64,000 nucleotides of DNA from Eledone cirrhosa (Eukaryota), in the NCBI GenBank assembly GCA_964016885.1, contig OZ024742.1, positions 89,094,001 to 89,158,000 of the forward strand, read 5' to 3'. Made by a program: the position numbers and the translations under genes. Positions 25,483 through 37,999 of this stretch are shown piece after piece (the first letter of the stretch is position 1; each line of letters begins with the position of its first letter). The notes below the pieces were generated by a model, which ran no database searches, had not been told where the DNA came from, and saw only the letters and a list, made by a program, of their open reading frames with translations.

Positions 25483-26630
25483 CTGTAAAAAGAAATAATT
25501 AGATGTTATGAATACGTATAGCGTTATAGTGGTGGATAACGCTAATACATGATTATTTTCATAGATGCTTTGATGTTATACCTTTGTCCGAAAAACAAGA
25601 GAGCAGTGCCTATAGATTATTCAGGTCATATGATTTAGAGTACCCGGTTTTGTGTTAGCCCTTGGTCAACCCTTATCCAACAAGCCTATTCCATCGACAA
25701 CTCATTAGCGATCGTGTATCTAAAACTATATTCGTAAATGTCATTGGTTTGTTTTAAAACAGTCGGGTGAGATTTGAAAATGAGTTTTCTGCTAATACTT
25801 CTTGATCGAATGACCGTGCAGAAGTTTACTTGCCGGCTCAAATCTCTATCCATTGCTGCACATCCTCTAATTTGTTGAAATCTCATTCACTAGCGTGAGT
25901 TCCTCTCGTTTGCTCAAGCCTCTCATCTTAACTGGCCTCTTTCGTTAGCTTAACTCTTTCCCGTTAGCTGAAGTTTCTCCGTTACACAAGTTTATCTTAC
26001 CAGTATAGATGCCTGGCTGAATTTAAATCGGGTACATTTGCCGTTTCAGTTTTGGCATGTATGTGGATTTACTGTGAAATTTAGATGTAATAACCATGTA
26101 GTAAGCGTGACGGAATTTACGCAAAACGTGACTAAATGTCAGCGTCATTAAGGGACCAAACACTTGGCAATAACGGTAGAAGAATTAGTAAAATACATTA
26201 AATTGTATACTTAAAATTAGTGAACTGCGAAGACTTATAGACTGAGACAAGTTAATGTGATCAAAATAATGCATCGCGTCTGGTCATGCTGTGTATTGTC
26301 AAGACCTAAGTTTCACATGGCTTTGGAATCAGCATTCAACTACGATTTTACTCAGAGCTACAATTAGCTAGGCATTGTAATTTACATTTTGATAAATCAA
26401 GTGAAGCTTCTATTTCGAGAATGTATCCATTTTGAAAGAGGCATGAAATTCGGCCAAAGATCAAGGACAATAAAACATTTCAAATTCTGAATATATAAGT
26501 AAGCAATTAAAACCAGGTGTCCAAATGTATACATACATGCACACACACACTCACACACACAAGCACATACCCACATACACACAAGCACACACGCACATAC
26601 ACACACACACATATAGTAACACACACATAC

Positions 26631-26696
<66 letters not shown>

Positions 26697-26752
26697 ACAC
26701 ACATAGACGCACACATACTTTACATATTGTATATCTATAATCTCTTTAATAC

Positions 26753-26824
26753 CTTTCTATACGATTGTTTCGAAGTTGCTCCATATACGAATGGCATATT
26801 TGTCAAAGTAAGGGGAGTAAAAAC
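26753..26824 (-). CDS. Probable M13 peptidase exon 7 (VFTPLTLTNMPFVYGATSKQSYRK) with non-canonical acceptor
   Basis: 72 nt, phase 0-0, donor AAG|GTATTA. Preceded by an 87-nt AG-free pyrimidine-rich zone ending in TGG instead of TAG. Confidence 0.5.
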
Positions 26825-27039
26825 CCATGTAAAGTAAGACATGGTTACAGGTATCAAGCAGATAGTTATAACATAATAATATAACCAAAGTTCACAAATG
26901 AAATGAAAATACTTTAGCAATAAAGTTCAAGATAAAGAAAAATATGCAATTATAATCAAAATATTAATATGAAAAGGTAAATATATGATTATATCTCAAA
27001 CACATAAGATAAATAATAAAAATAATAGTTTCTGATTTT

Positions 27040-27235
27040 AGGCCTAAAGCCAACAATTTTCGGGGAAGGAAAAGTCGATTAAATCTCTCGCAATGTACTT
27101 GACTTTACGGACTCCGCAAGGATGAGAGACAAAGCTAACCTGGGCGGCATTCGAACTCGGAACGTATAGGGCCGTAACTATATGCCACAAATTATTTTGT
27201 CCGACACTCCAACAACTGTGGCAATTCACTGCCCT
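27040..27235 (-). mobile_element. Diverged SINE, same superfamily
   Basis: Degenerate B box and core. Confidence 0.6.
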
Positions 27236-27574
27236 AAATAATAACAATACTAAAACAAATAATGAACATAAAATAAATAAATAAATAAACAAATATTATA
27301 TATTTAACGTTAACGCACGAGTTTAGTTTCACTTCGATGTTATTATTAGATAGTTAACTAACTAATCGTTTGATTATTTAATAGCATAGTTCTTGTCAAA
27401 ACTATTTCATCATACATTATCTGATTTTACTACAACTATTTTGGGCCGCTGTGTCACGTCTTCGTTTTGACTTTACTCCATCTTGTCTTTCTACGGTGTG
27501 TGTGTAGCTTGAAGAGTGACCTGACATACATACATACATGCATACATACATGCACGCAAATGTACATGTGATAT

Positions 27575-27913
27575 GTTAGTAACTGCCTCAGTACAAATCC
27601 TGAGATGCTGGGTTTCACAGAACCAGCGAGAACACGACTAGTTAGAACATGATAAGTAAATATATTAATGGAACAGTAAAATTATGCAAAACATTCCAAA
27701 AATGCTGCATGTAATACCTGCATGTACACAAGCACAGATACAAAACATACGCACACATATAACACAAAACATCCACATCCACACATACAATAAAATCCAT
27801 ACCTGCGCACAGACGCCCACATGCGGACATGTATACATATCTACCTAGTTGACGTCTAAATTCCAAGGAAAGAGTCAATTGGTAAAAATTTATAAAATTA
27901 TAAAACCAGAACC
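27575..27913 (+). mobile_element. 3' fragment of RLE LINE family D ending in (TACA)n
   Basis: GTVKLCKTFQKCCM* and a 3' UTR matching 32120-32470. Confidence 0.82.
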
Positions 27914-27976
27914 TACATACATACATACATACATACATACATACATACATACATACATACATACATACATACATAC

Positions 27977-28585
27977 ATGGTGGCTGCCAACTCGTTTTCG
28001 AGTACGGCCACTACTTTATATCCATGTAGGAGAACCCCTACCGATGCGCTGAACGAGTGTGACTTTTTAGTCCAGCCAGCGACTTGAAAACTCTGGTACA
28101 AACACTACACTTGTGACAATTATTGACACATAGTGCTGGGCCCATGGTACCATGTGACGACAAGTGCAGAGAGATCTCCAGATACAAAGCAATGCCTGTG
28201 CCGTGAAGCTTTTATAGTGAGCAAAGGCACTGCACAAAGCCAGTCCCACTCTCTTAACCAAGATGATATTTACCAAAAAGAAGAACAAGTCAACATCATT
28301 GGATACCATCAGGGTTGCAGGTGTTATATCAGAGTTTTCCTTCTCCTAGAATTCTGCCTTGACAAAGGCTAAGGGTTCATCTCTCCCGGTGATTTTGGAT
28401 GGCCATTGACTCTTAAGAGCTCCTTTGCCCTTTGACAGGTTTTGTTTTTAGTCCTGCAGGATGTCCAAAGTCACCCTCCTCACCAAGAAACCTTGGTGGG
28501 GTTGCCAGTTTAGTCGCCAACGACCCGACCATGAGATAGGTTGTACTGGGATACATGTTACCAGTAGCACCAACTGGTGACCTGA
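27977..28585 (-). mobile_element. Non-autonomous bipartite RTE-derived element, copy 1, (TGTA)n tail
   Basis: The 5' half resembles RTE 5' UTRs (GGAGAAGGAAAACTCTG). The 3' half encodes a C2H2-like CSVCTRVFKSLAGLKSHTRSAH* followed by a short hairpin UTR. No RT. Confidence 0.72.
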
Positions 28586-28659
28586 CATACATACATACAT
28601 ACATACATACATACATACATACATACATACATACATACATACATACATACATACATACA

Positions 28660-29216
28660 TGGTGGCTGCCAACTCGTTTTCGAGTACGGCCACTACTTTA
28701 TATCCATGTAGGAGAACCCCTACCGATGCGCTGAACGAATGTGACTTTTTAGTCCAGCCAGCGACTTGAAAACTCTGGTACAAAGACTACACTGTGACCA
28801 TTATTGACACACAGTGCAGGGCCCATGGTACCATGTGATGACAAGTGCAGAGAGATCTCCAGATATAAAGCAATGCCTGTGCTGTGAAGCTTTTATAGTG
28901 AGCAAAGGCACTGCACAAAGCCAGTCCCACTCTCTTAACCAAGATGATATTTACCAAAAAGAAGAACAAGTCAACATCATTGGATACCATCAGGGTTGCA
29001 GGTGTTATATCAGAGTTTTCCTTCTCCTAGGATTCTGCCTTGACAAAGGCTAAGGGGTCATCTCTCCCGGTGATTTTGGATGGCTATTGAGTCTTAAGAG
29101 CTCCCTTGCCCTTTGACAGGTTTTGTTTTTAGTCCTGCAGGATGTCCAAAGTCACCCTCCTCACCAAGAAACCTTGGTGGGGTTGCCAGTTTAGTCGCCA
29201 ACGACCCGACCATGAG
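28660..29216 (-). mobile_element. RTE-derived element, copy 2 (tandem, near identical, about 50 nt shorter at 5')
   Basis: Direct repeat of copy 1, separated by (TACA)n. Confidence 0.8.
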
Positions 29217-29225
29217 ATACATACA

Positions 29226-29254
<29 letters not shown>

Positions 29255-29257
<3 letters not shown>

Positions 29258-30125
29258 AAAAAAATTGACCAATTTACAGAAAAAGTTGTGCATGGATACT
29301 TGAGGCGTAAAACACAGACCATAGAGGGGATAAACCACTCAAAAAGCCTGGCATGGAGTTCCGACAAGTTTATGACATCACACCTTGAGGGATATCTCTA
29401 TGCAATACAGGAACAAGAACTCCCTACCAAATATCTGCTGCACAAAAGAGGAGGGACAGCAGCTGACAATAAATGTAGGCTATGTAAAACAAAGATCGAG
29501 GATGTAAGCCACATTGCTGCCAGCTGCGAAAGAATGTCATCTCGCTACTACCTCTCCATGAGACACGATGGGATAGCTAGAACCATCTGGAACGCACTTC
29601 GGAAAACAAAATTAACAACAAACGAGGAGGAATATATTGAGACAGATGGCACTAAGGAATACTGGTGGAACCTGAAAATAAAAACTGCCACCAAATTAAA
29701 GCACAACCAGCCTGATATTATTGTTTGGGACCATACATTGAAAACGTGTTCTGTTGTGGAGATCAGCTGCCCACTTGATGTAAACGTTGTCAGAAAAATA
29801 CAGGAGAAGGAGGACATCTACGGACCATTGATGAGGAGTTTACAAATCCAGTATCCAAGATACACCTTTAGCTTCATACCCATCATTATTGGAGCTACGG
29901 GTTATATACCAACCCGCTTAGACCAAAGTATGACCGAACTTGGATTTGCGGACAAAAAGCGCAGCTCGCTAATTCATAGTCTACAAATGGCTGCGATAGC
30001 TGGCACCTTCAAAATTTGCAAAACATTCTTGCGATTCAAGGGATGACAATTTCTTTTCTTTTACAACCTTGCCACCAGGAAGGTGGCCGGTCAAAAAAAT
30101 ATACTCGAAATTAAGAGAAAGAGAT
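29255..30125 (+). mobile_element. 3' part of RLE LINE family C (open 252 aa) flanked by (TACA)n
   Basis: HGY, AIQEQEL, CRLC...HIAASC, RHD, QPDIIVWD...VVEISCP (RLE), ICKTF; (TACA)n on both sides. Confidence 0.9.
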
Positions 30126-30208
30126 ACATACATACATACATACATACATACATACATACATACATACATACATACATACATACATACATACATACATACA
30201 TACATGCA

Positions 30209-32470
30209 TACAGCCTGGCTGAACCTATTCCTCCAATATCACTGTGAAAATAATAACATCATCACAGATGAACAAGCAGCTGGAAAGAAAGGTTTTTGGG
30301 GATGTGCTGAACAACTCCTAATCAACAAAACTGCGATGTCGGAGGTGCGACAACTTAGGAGGATATGGCAACAGTCTGGCTGGACTACAGGAAAGCTTTC
30401 GATTCTGTTCCCCACTCTTGGATTATAGAGGCCCTCCAACTTGCTAAAGTCCCAGGCATTATTGTCAGAGCCATAGTGAGGCTGTCTTCTTCTTGGGCTA
30501 TTATTTTAAGAGAGGGAGGAATCTATTTTCACTAATAAAATAAAATATTGCCGGAGTATATTTCAGGGGGACAGTCTCTCTGTGATATTGTTCATCTTGT
30601 CATTAAACCCCTTGTCCTTTCTGCTCAAGAAATATGAGGGATACATCACAGGAGGACAGAAATACGAACCTAACCCATCATTTCTTTGTGGACGATCTGA
30701 AACTCTATGCCAAGAACATGGATGGGATGTAGAAAAATCTTGACCAGGTTACAATGTTCTCAAAGGATATAGGAATGGAGTTTGGCCAAGATAAATGCTC
30801 ATACATGACTGTAAAGCGGGGAAAAACAACAACCCAATCTAGCAACATTGTCAGCAATGGCCTAACTGTTTCACCGATATCTGATGAGGACTGCTACAGA
30901 TACCTGGGGATAGATGAGAACATATCCTATAATGGTATCTGTAATAGAGAACGTGTAACCAGGGAATACTACACCCGAATAAGAAAGATCTTGTCATCGG
31001 AACTCTCTGCGCAAAACAAAACAGTGGCTCACAATGTGTTTGCTGTGTTTGTCCTAACACCAACGTTTGGAATACTCAATTGGATGATAGACGAAATCCA
31101 AGCAGTTGATGTTGGAACCCGAAAAATACTAAGCAACAACAGAAACTTCCACATCAACAGTGACATAGACCGCCTTTACTTGAAACTTAAGCAGGGAGGC
31201 AGTGGCCTAACATCAGACCAGACAACATTTGAATGTCGTATCATATCTTTCCCACAACATCTACGAACCTCGATGCGTAGGAGCCCGTTTCTCGAGCAAG
31301 TCTATCTGAATGAAACAGATAAGATCATGAGAGTTGGGAAGGAACTCCTCGAGAGATATTCCCTGTGTTATAATCAAAAACTCACACCCTGGGAAGTCGC
31401 TCGGTAGTATCGCAGTGATTTCATGGAAGAAAAACTGCATGCTTATCAGCAAAAAATCATGGAACGATATGTTGCCAGGAAGCTCCAGAGTGAGAGTAAT
31501 ATAGATAAGGAAAGTAGTCTATCTTGGACCAACAACCGCTATATTGGCTCCCACTTTGAAGGATACGCTTTTGCAATCCAAGAACAGAAGATTAACACGA
31601 AATACTTGATTCACAAAAGAGGTAGGGATGCAGGCAAAACACCAAGTGCAGACTCTGCAGAAATAACATCGAGGATATCACCCATGTCATCAGCAGCTGT
31701 CCAAAGATGTCATCGCGGTACTATCTACCTATGAGGCATGATGTAGTGGCCAAAACACTGTACTATGCAGTTCGTAAAAAAGATAACCCGATAATAAACA
31801 CATTAAAAGCTACAGCAATGTGGAAGACATCCATGTACATAATATGAAAGAGTACTGGTGGAATGTTCCAATAAAAACCCCAATAAAATGCCGGCATAAC
31901 AGACCAGATATTATGATATGGGACAGGGAGAAGAAAGCATGCACAGTAGTGGAAATTATCTGCCCAGCAGATGCCAATATAATATCAAAGATTAGCGAAA
32001 ATGAGAATATTTATGCAGAACTGATGAGAAATCTGCAGATAGTCCACCCTGATTTCACCTTCAGATTTATGTCTGCGATTATTGGGGAACTGGGGTATGT
32101 TAGTAACTGACTCAATACAAATCTTGAGAAGCTAGGCTTCACAGGAACAGAAAGAACACAACTAGTTAGGAAACTACAAGTACAATCCATTATTGGAACA
32201 GTAAAAATATGTAAGACATTCCAAAAATGTTGCATCTAATAACTGCATATACACATGTACAGATACAAAGCATATACGCATGCACACATACAACTCAAAA
32301 CATACACATCCACAATTAAATAACATCCATATCTACACATGCAGTCATGCATACATAATCTACCTAGTTGATATTGTGTAAATTCCAATGGGAGAGTCGT
32401 GTGTCTATGTTAGAAACCGACTCTCTCTCTATTGGTAAAAGATTTGTGAAATTATAAAACCAGAAGAACA
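30209..32470 (+). mobile_element. 5'-truncated, frameshifted RLE LINE family D flanked by (TACA)n
   Basis: DYRKAFD, FQGDSLS, FVDDLKL, RHD and RPDIMIWD motifs across frames; (TACA)n tail. Confidence 0.9.
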
Positions 32471-32551
32471 TACATACATACATACATACATACATACATA
32501 CATACATACATACATACATACATACATACATACATACATACATACATACAT

Positions 32552-33029
32552 GATGGCGGCCCCCTCGTTATCGAGGATGGCCATTGCATAATATACCATT
32601 ATTAATAATTATTAATTAATTCTATCGTGCAATGCCTGTGCGTGAAGATATTTTTTAAAGTGAGGAAAGACTGCGCACTGGGCCAAACCCACTCTCTGGG
32701 CGACAGTAGCTATAACCCGAAAAGAAGAACAGATCAACATCGTTTGTAACTACTGAATTGTAGGTTTTATATCGGAGTTATCCCAGTTTCCTGAGTTGCC
32801 ATCTCCTAGAAGAGAGCCCCAATAAAGGCTAGGGGTCTTTCACTCCCATTGGTTTAACCGCATGGTACATGTGTATATACATATTTACACACTTTCGGAT
32901 GGCCGTTGACTCCTAAGCGTTTTTCCGCCCTTTGTCGGGTTTTGTTTTTTGTCCTGCAGGGTGTCCGAAATCACCCTCCTCACCAAGTAAACTTGGTAGG
33001 GTTGCCGGTTTAGTTGCCGACGGCCCGAC
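32552..33029 (-). mobile_element. Related diverged RTE-derived subfamily copy
   Basis: Shares the CCTGCAGG...GGGTTGCC block and the CCCACTCTCT...GAAGAACA block. Confidence 0.7.
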
Positions 33030-33055
33030 CATACATCCATACATACATACATACA

Positions 33056-33624
33056 TGGTGGCTGCCAACTCGTTTTCGAGTACGGCCACTACTTTATATC
33101 CATGTAGGAGAACCCCTACGATGCGCTGAACAAGTGTGACTTTTTAGTCAAGCCAGCGACTTGAAAACTCTGGTACAAACACTACACTTGTGACAATTAT
33201 TGACACATAGTGCTGGGCCCATGGTACCATGTGATGACAAGTGCAGAGAGATCTCCAGATATAAAGCAATGTCTGTGCCGTGAAGCTTTTATAGTGAGCA
33301 AAGGCACTGCACAAAGCCAGTCCCACTCTCTTAACCAAGATGATATTTACCAAAAAGAAGAACAAGTCAACTTCATTGGATACCATCAGAGTTGCAGGTG
33401 TACAACCTGTCCCTTGGTCGGGTCGTTGGCGACTAAACTGGCAACCCCACCAAGGTTTCTTGGTGAGGAGGGTAACGTTGGACATCCTGCAGGACTAAAA
33501 ACAAAACCTGTCAAAGGGCAAAGGAGCTCTTAAGAGTCAATGGCCATCCAAAATCACCGGGAGAGATGACCCCTTAGCCTTTGTCAAGGCAGAATTCTAG
33601 GAGTAGGAAAACTCTGATATAACA
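33056..33624 (-). mobile_element. RTE-derived element, copy 3, with inverted 5' part (33400-33624)
   Basis: 33056-33400 is colinear with copy 1; the remainder is the reverse complement of about 28322-28546. Confidence 0.82.
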
Positions 33625-34179
33625 TACATACATACATACATAGATGACATACATACATACATGCATGCATATATGTACAGGTAGCTTTTCAAGTAAAATA
33701 GGGAGTACAAGCCTAGCAAATGTGTCTCCTACTTTCGTTTAGACTTTAAAAGATCAGTTCTTATTACATTCAGATTATTTTGAAAATATCGTATCAATGG
33801 TAATGTTTAAGTTTTAAGTCATTAAGAAAAAAGCTCATTACTAATTTGTTAAACTTTGAATAAATATTAGATCGATCATCTCTAGAAGAAATGTTGGTGA
33901 AATATGCCAAAGAACAATTTGCTGAACTTTTAAAGAAAGTACCTCTCTCCAATCTTGTTTCTGCTAGTGCTAACCTTGATACATTAGGAAATTAGGCTTC
34001 AGATAGCACATTTTGTATGTAACAATTTGTGTACCCCATTGTATAGCTAATATCTGACCGACTGTGAAATAAATGATGCCAGAGTAAAATTATTGACACA
34101 CCTCTTTTTCAATTAAACTAAAACCTATATTGCAACTGCGGCATCAAACATTACCCGTTATAATTACAGAAATACTTAC

Positions 34180-34373
34180 TTCAAGATAGGGTTTGTAATT
34201 CTGAGTTGCACGGAAAACGAAAAACGCATTGAGAGAAGTAAATTCGGTATAGTAAACGAGAAACTCTAGGTGCGAAAAATTACTATTCATGTAACCATTA
34301 ATAAATGGTACTCCACCGAATGTATCAGCTAGCTCCAGCGTTGCGTTCCTTCTTTTAATATCAATCTTTGTAA
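34180..34373 (-). CDS. M13 peptidase exon 6 (VTKIDIKRRNATLELADTFGGVPF...KPYLE)
   Basis: TTTTATTTTAG acceptor and GTAAGT donor. GGVP corresponds to the conserved GGWP. 194 nt, phase 1 to 0. Confidence 0.85.
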
Positions 34374-35199
34374 CTAAAATAAAATACATTATTGAATTAT
34401 TGACATGCAATTAATAGGAAACAGATAAATATTTTGTATACAGTTTCGGTCACTTTCATACAATATAATCAATGTTCAAAATTATGTACTGTGACGAGTT
34501 CACTAATTCGGGGAGGGGATTTCAAATGCTATAGAGATTTCCCAATTTCACCAATTGAAATAATAACAACAACAACTATGAGAAGAAGAAGAAGAAGAAG
34601 AAGAAGAAGAAGAAGAAGAAGAAGAAGAAGAAGAAGAAGAAGAAGAAGAAGAAGAAGAAGAAGAAGAAGAAGAAGAAACTTTTTAAAATGGACCAGACAG
34701 AGTAGATTTTGCATATGAAAGTGTAAGTAATATAAAAGAAAATTCACACAATAAAGCAACTTTCGAGGGTCACTTGTGAAGAAAGCCCACAAAAGGCTAC
34801 GGTAACTCTGAAAGTTATGGCAGATGTCCCGTCCCAGTTGTCCCCCTACAATCTACAAACGAGCACATAGGTCAAATTGATTTGAAACCAGCTCTTCCCT
34901 CGCAATCCGATTTTCTTCTTCACGTGAAACTAGAAAACAATAATCATGGCTTCGCAGAAGAAAAAAGTAAAAAGTGCTTGTATACAAACATTTCAATCGC
35001 GCCCACCACAAAACCTATTTCGACATAGCCAATAGAATGCGGTGGAGCGATATTTCAGTTGATGGATAAATCCTCCCTGCATTTAGCAGCAAGTGTTCGG
35101 CATAATCCTACAAAGTAGCAATGCTCGAATACTGAGGAGTGTGTGCATGCATGACGGTTTCGTTTAACTCCGTGCATCTTGGACACGCCCAGCTATGGG

Positions 35200-37150
35200 T
35201 AATTTTCTAGAACTGGTAATGCCTCAGCACGCCCAGTAATCCACGCATCGATTGTTGAGAGCAAATGGATCGCATGAACATCGGAAGGCCTCACGTCTAT
35301 ATAAAGCATATGTGCAATCATTCTAGAACGTTCAAACGTGGACGCTAGAACAGATAACGGATGCGATGTCCAGGTTCACTACCTCTGCCCCAGCTTTCAA
35401 TGATAGTTTCCTCTCGGCCGATTTCTAAGTGGAAGTGGCCACCCTGCTCATTACCTCGTCTAAATCAGACCCCGACCGGTCTGCTTATCTAGTACCAGAC
35501 AACACTGGTGAACATAATATGATCTGCTTCTCAAAGTGCCCAGGCGCAAATTCGCTGACTTTTTCTGGTGAAGTATTGCGCTTATTATCGCCGCCAGATT
35601 GCCGGCATATAATGACACGGATTTCCCGAATCTTGGTTAGCGCAACATGCTGCCCATTATTCGACCCCATCGAAATCTTTCGGTTGATCTAATTTGATCA
35701 GGGTACTGACATACACATTCTATGATGTATCGCATAATGTAGACGTCGTCGTGGAAAGATCCGTTTGGGAGGGTGCATGTCTCGGCATCCCATACCAAAC
35801 CGATAAGCGCACCCCTCGATGCTAACCCCTTGCCCAAAATTTGGAATGCTGCGTTTATTAGATTTATGAGCCGAAAATTGCCAATATGATCGCCCTTTTT
35901 CGAGTCGTTTCTCAGCATCGCCACCGCTCCTCGGCTAAAAGAAGTGGGAAAATCCCGATTTATTGCCATCTGCCACCGACGTCTGCCAAGAGGACAGTGA
36001 ACAAGTATGGTTTGTATGCATAAAGCTCGTATTGCAGACCATTCAAAATTGCCTGCAGCATTTCATCGGTTGTTTTCAGCTTTTCACACCACTCGATCTC
36101 CGTCAGTGTGAGACTGAGCAAGCTTGGCATATAGTCACTGATGTCCACTCGCGATTCGGCCAGCCACTGTCCCCGAAATGTTGACTATATTGTCGCTGAA
36201 AACCAGCATGTATATGTCTTGTATCGACTATCAATTCAAAACCTGGATTTTGAATTTGTTATCACACCGCGCCTCCTATTCACGAGTCCATTGAATGTGT
36301 CTATGAGCACGTACCTTGATAATGCAGCCTCCATGCTTAGCGTTGAAGAATTTGAAGAGAGAGAATCTCACTGAAAGTACGTCGGTTGCGATCATTTCCT
36401 GAAATCATCTTCTATCTTTATAACTACCTCTCCGTCTAATTTAGTCTTCTCTATCGGTAAAGCCTAACTATTTCGTATTGGCTCTCCTCTAATGGGCCTT
36501 TGTAGTGTGAACCACCATTTGTCGTTTACAAATGCACACATTCAATAATACGGTCTCCTTAGGCTTTGCACGCCACCGATACCGACGCGTGCGGCTTCCA
36601 GTAAGCGTGGCAGTCTATGAAGCCTTTCTGAGAAGACTGTACAAGTCAGAGATCTGTAGTACCTGTAATCTATTACTTTCAATTGTGGACATCCTATGAT
36701 AGTCTATTCTTCTTCACTACTGCATATGCTATAGCAATGCGATACGTATGACTCGATGTGGTTTTACCATGTCCACATTGGCCCATTTGGGAAGTCCAGT
36801 CGATACCTATCGGAAGTCGGAAACGTCTGAGCAGGTGTGTGCACTCCCCAACTCTATTTGTTAGACACCCACAATCCCAGCGAGCATCTACGATACCGTT
36901 TTAGTCGACTACTAACACTACAGAGTTGGCCGTTCCTAGGAAGGTCTCCAGGCGGTTGAATATATCAAACCGTCGTTCGCCTATCGGGGAATAGAAGAAC
37001 GCTAGCCCGAAGGCCTTTTCGGTATCCCCAGCTGCTATTCTAAGGCCAGGAGGTTTGTCCGTATCACGAGAACCAAGCCTTGCCGAAACAATTCAGTGAC
37101 ACTATCACCCAATCCCGAACGACTTGGAGAAGCGTACACATCATAACCGC
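35200..37150 (-). mobile_element. Older, heavily decayed Tx1/L1 relative (APE and RT remnants)
   Basis: Colinear similarity to 17300-19400 (GLQYELY, NFRLINLIN, GSFHDDVYIMRYI). Confidence 0.8.
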
Positions 37151-37754
37151 CATCGAATTACGTGCTCTTAAAACCCATTCCCAAATGTTTCTCTTCTCGA
37201 ACCTTTCGAAAAATAGCGAGTTTAAAATGTTGAGAATATTTCAGTCACAGAGCTGAAGCTATCCACGCCATTACGCAGAGTCAGCAACTTTCCCTATCCC
37301 TTGAAAAAGGCTATAGAACCCAATAACAATAACAACAACGAAAAAACCGAAATCAGCAAAAACTCAGAAAGTAATATTAATAATGATGATAATGACAATT
37401 TCCCGATCCGCTTTTTTTTTTCTAAGGCAAAGACAAACCCAATAACAACAATTTGAAAGGAAAAGCTGCCAAGAGCCTATTTTTTAATGGACTAGACCCA
37501 CGGAACTCCAACAGGATAAAAACAGAATTACTCTCACGACAACAAAACGAAAGAAAATATGACAAATAGCCGTAATGACACCACACCACCTCCAACACAA
37601 CAGACGCATTTGAAATATAGTAACACTTTCAAACATCAATTTTCTTAAACCCATTGCCACCAGCACCGCTACCAACACCAACCCAGTCACTGCCTAAGTT
37701 ATAGCTGGAACTGGCGGCAGCAGCCGCAGAAACAACAACAGCAATAATAATAAT

Positions 37755-37910
37755 GGTTTCTACTTTTAGCACAAGGCCAGCAATTTTATAGACCCTGTAA
37801 GGATGAAAGGCAAAGTTAACCTCGGCGTGATTTGAACTCAGATCATAAAGGGAGGTAACTCTATGCTTCAAAACATGGCGTCCGACCCTCTACCGATACT
37901 GCCAATCCAC
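37755..37910 (-). mobile_element. SINE
   Basis: Core and tRNA head match 21730-21904. Confidence 0.85.
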
Positions 37911-37999
37911 CAAACAAGAATAATAATAATAACAGCCAGACGGCCAGGAAGAGATATTTTGCTTTGGCTGGTGACTTAACTGGGGTTGCTGAACACAAT

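Noticed and set aside
28490-28585. Complete HDV-like ribozyme
   Set aside because: P1 and P1.1 could not be assigned; kept only as a hypothesis.
27914-33660. CRISPR-like repeat/spacer array
   Set aside because: The repeats are microsatellites and the spacers are retroelements; eukaryotic context with no cas genes.
33870-33990. Plus-strand EEMLVKYAKEQFAELLKKVPLSN as an exon or hAT transposase remnant
   Set aside because: Short, with only weak motif resemblance and no supporting neighbours.
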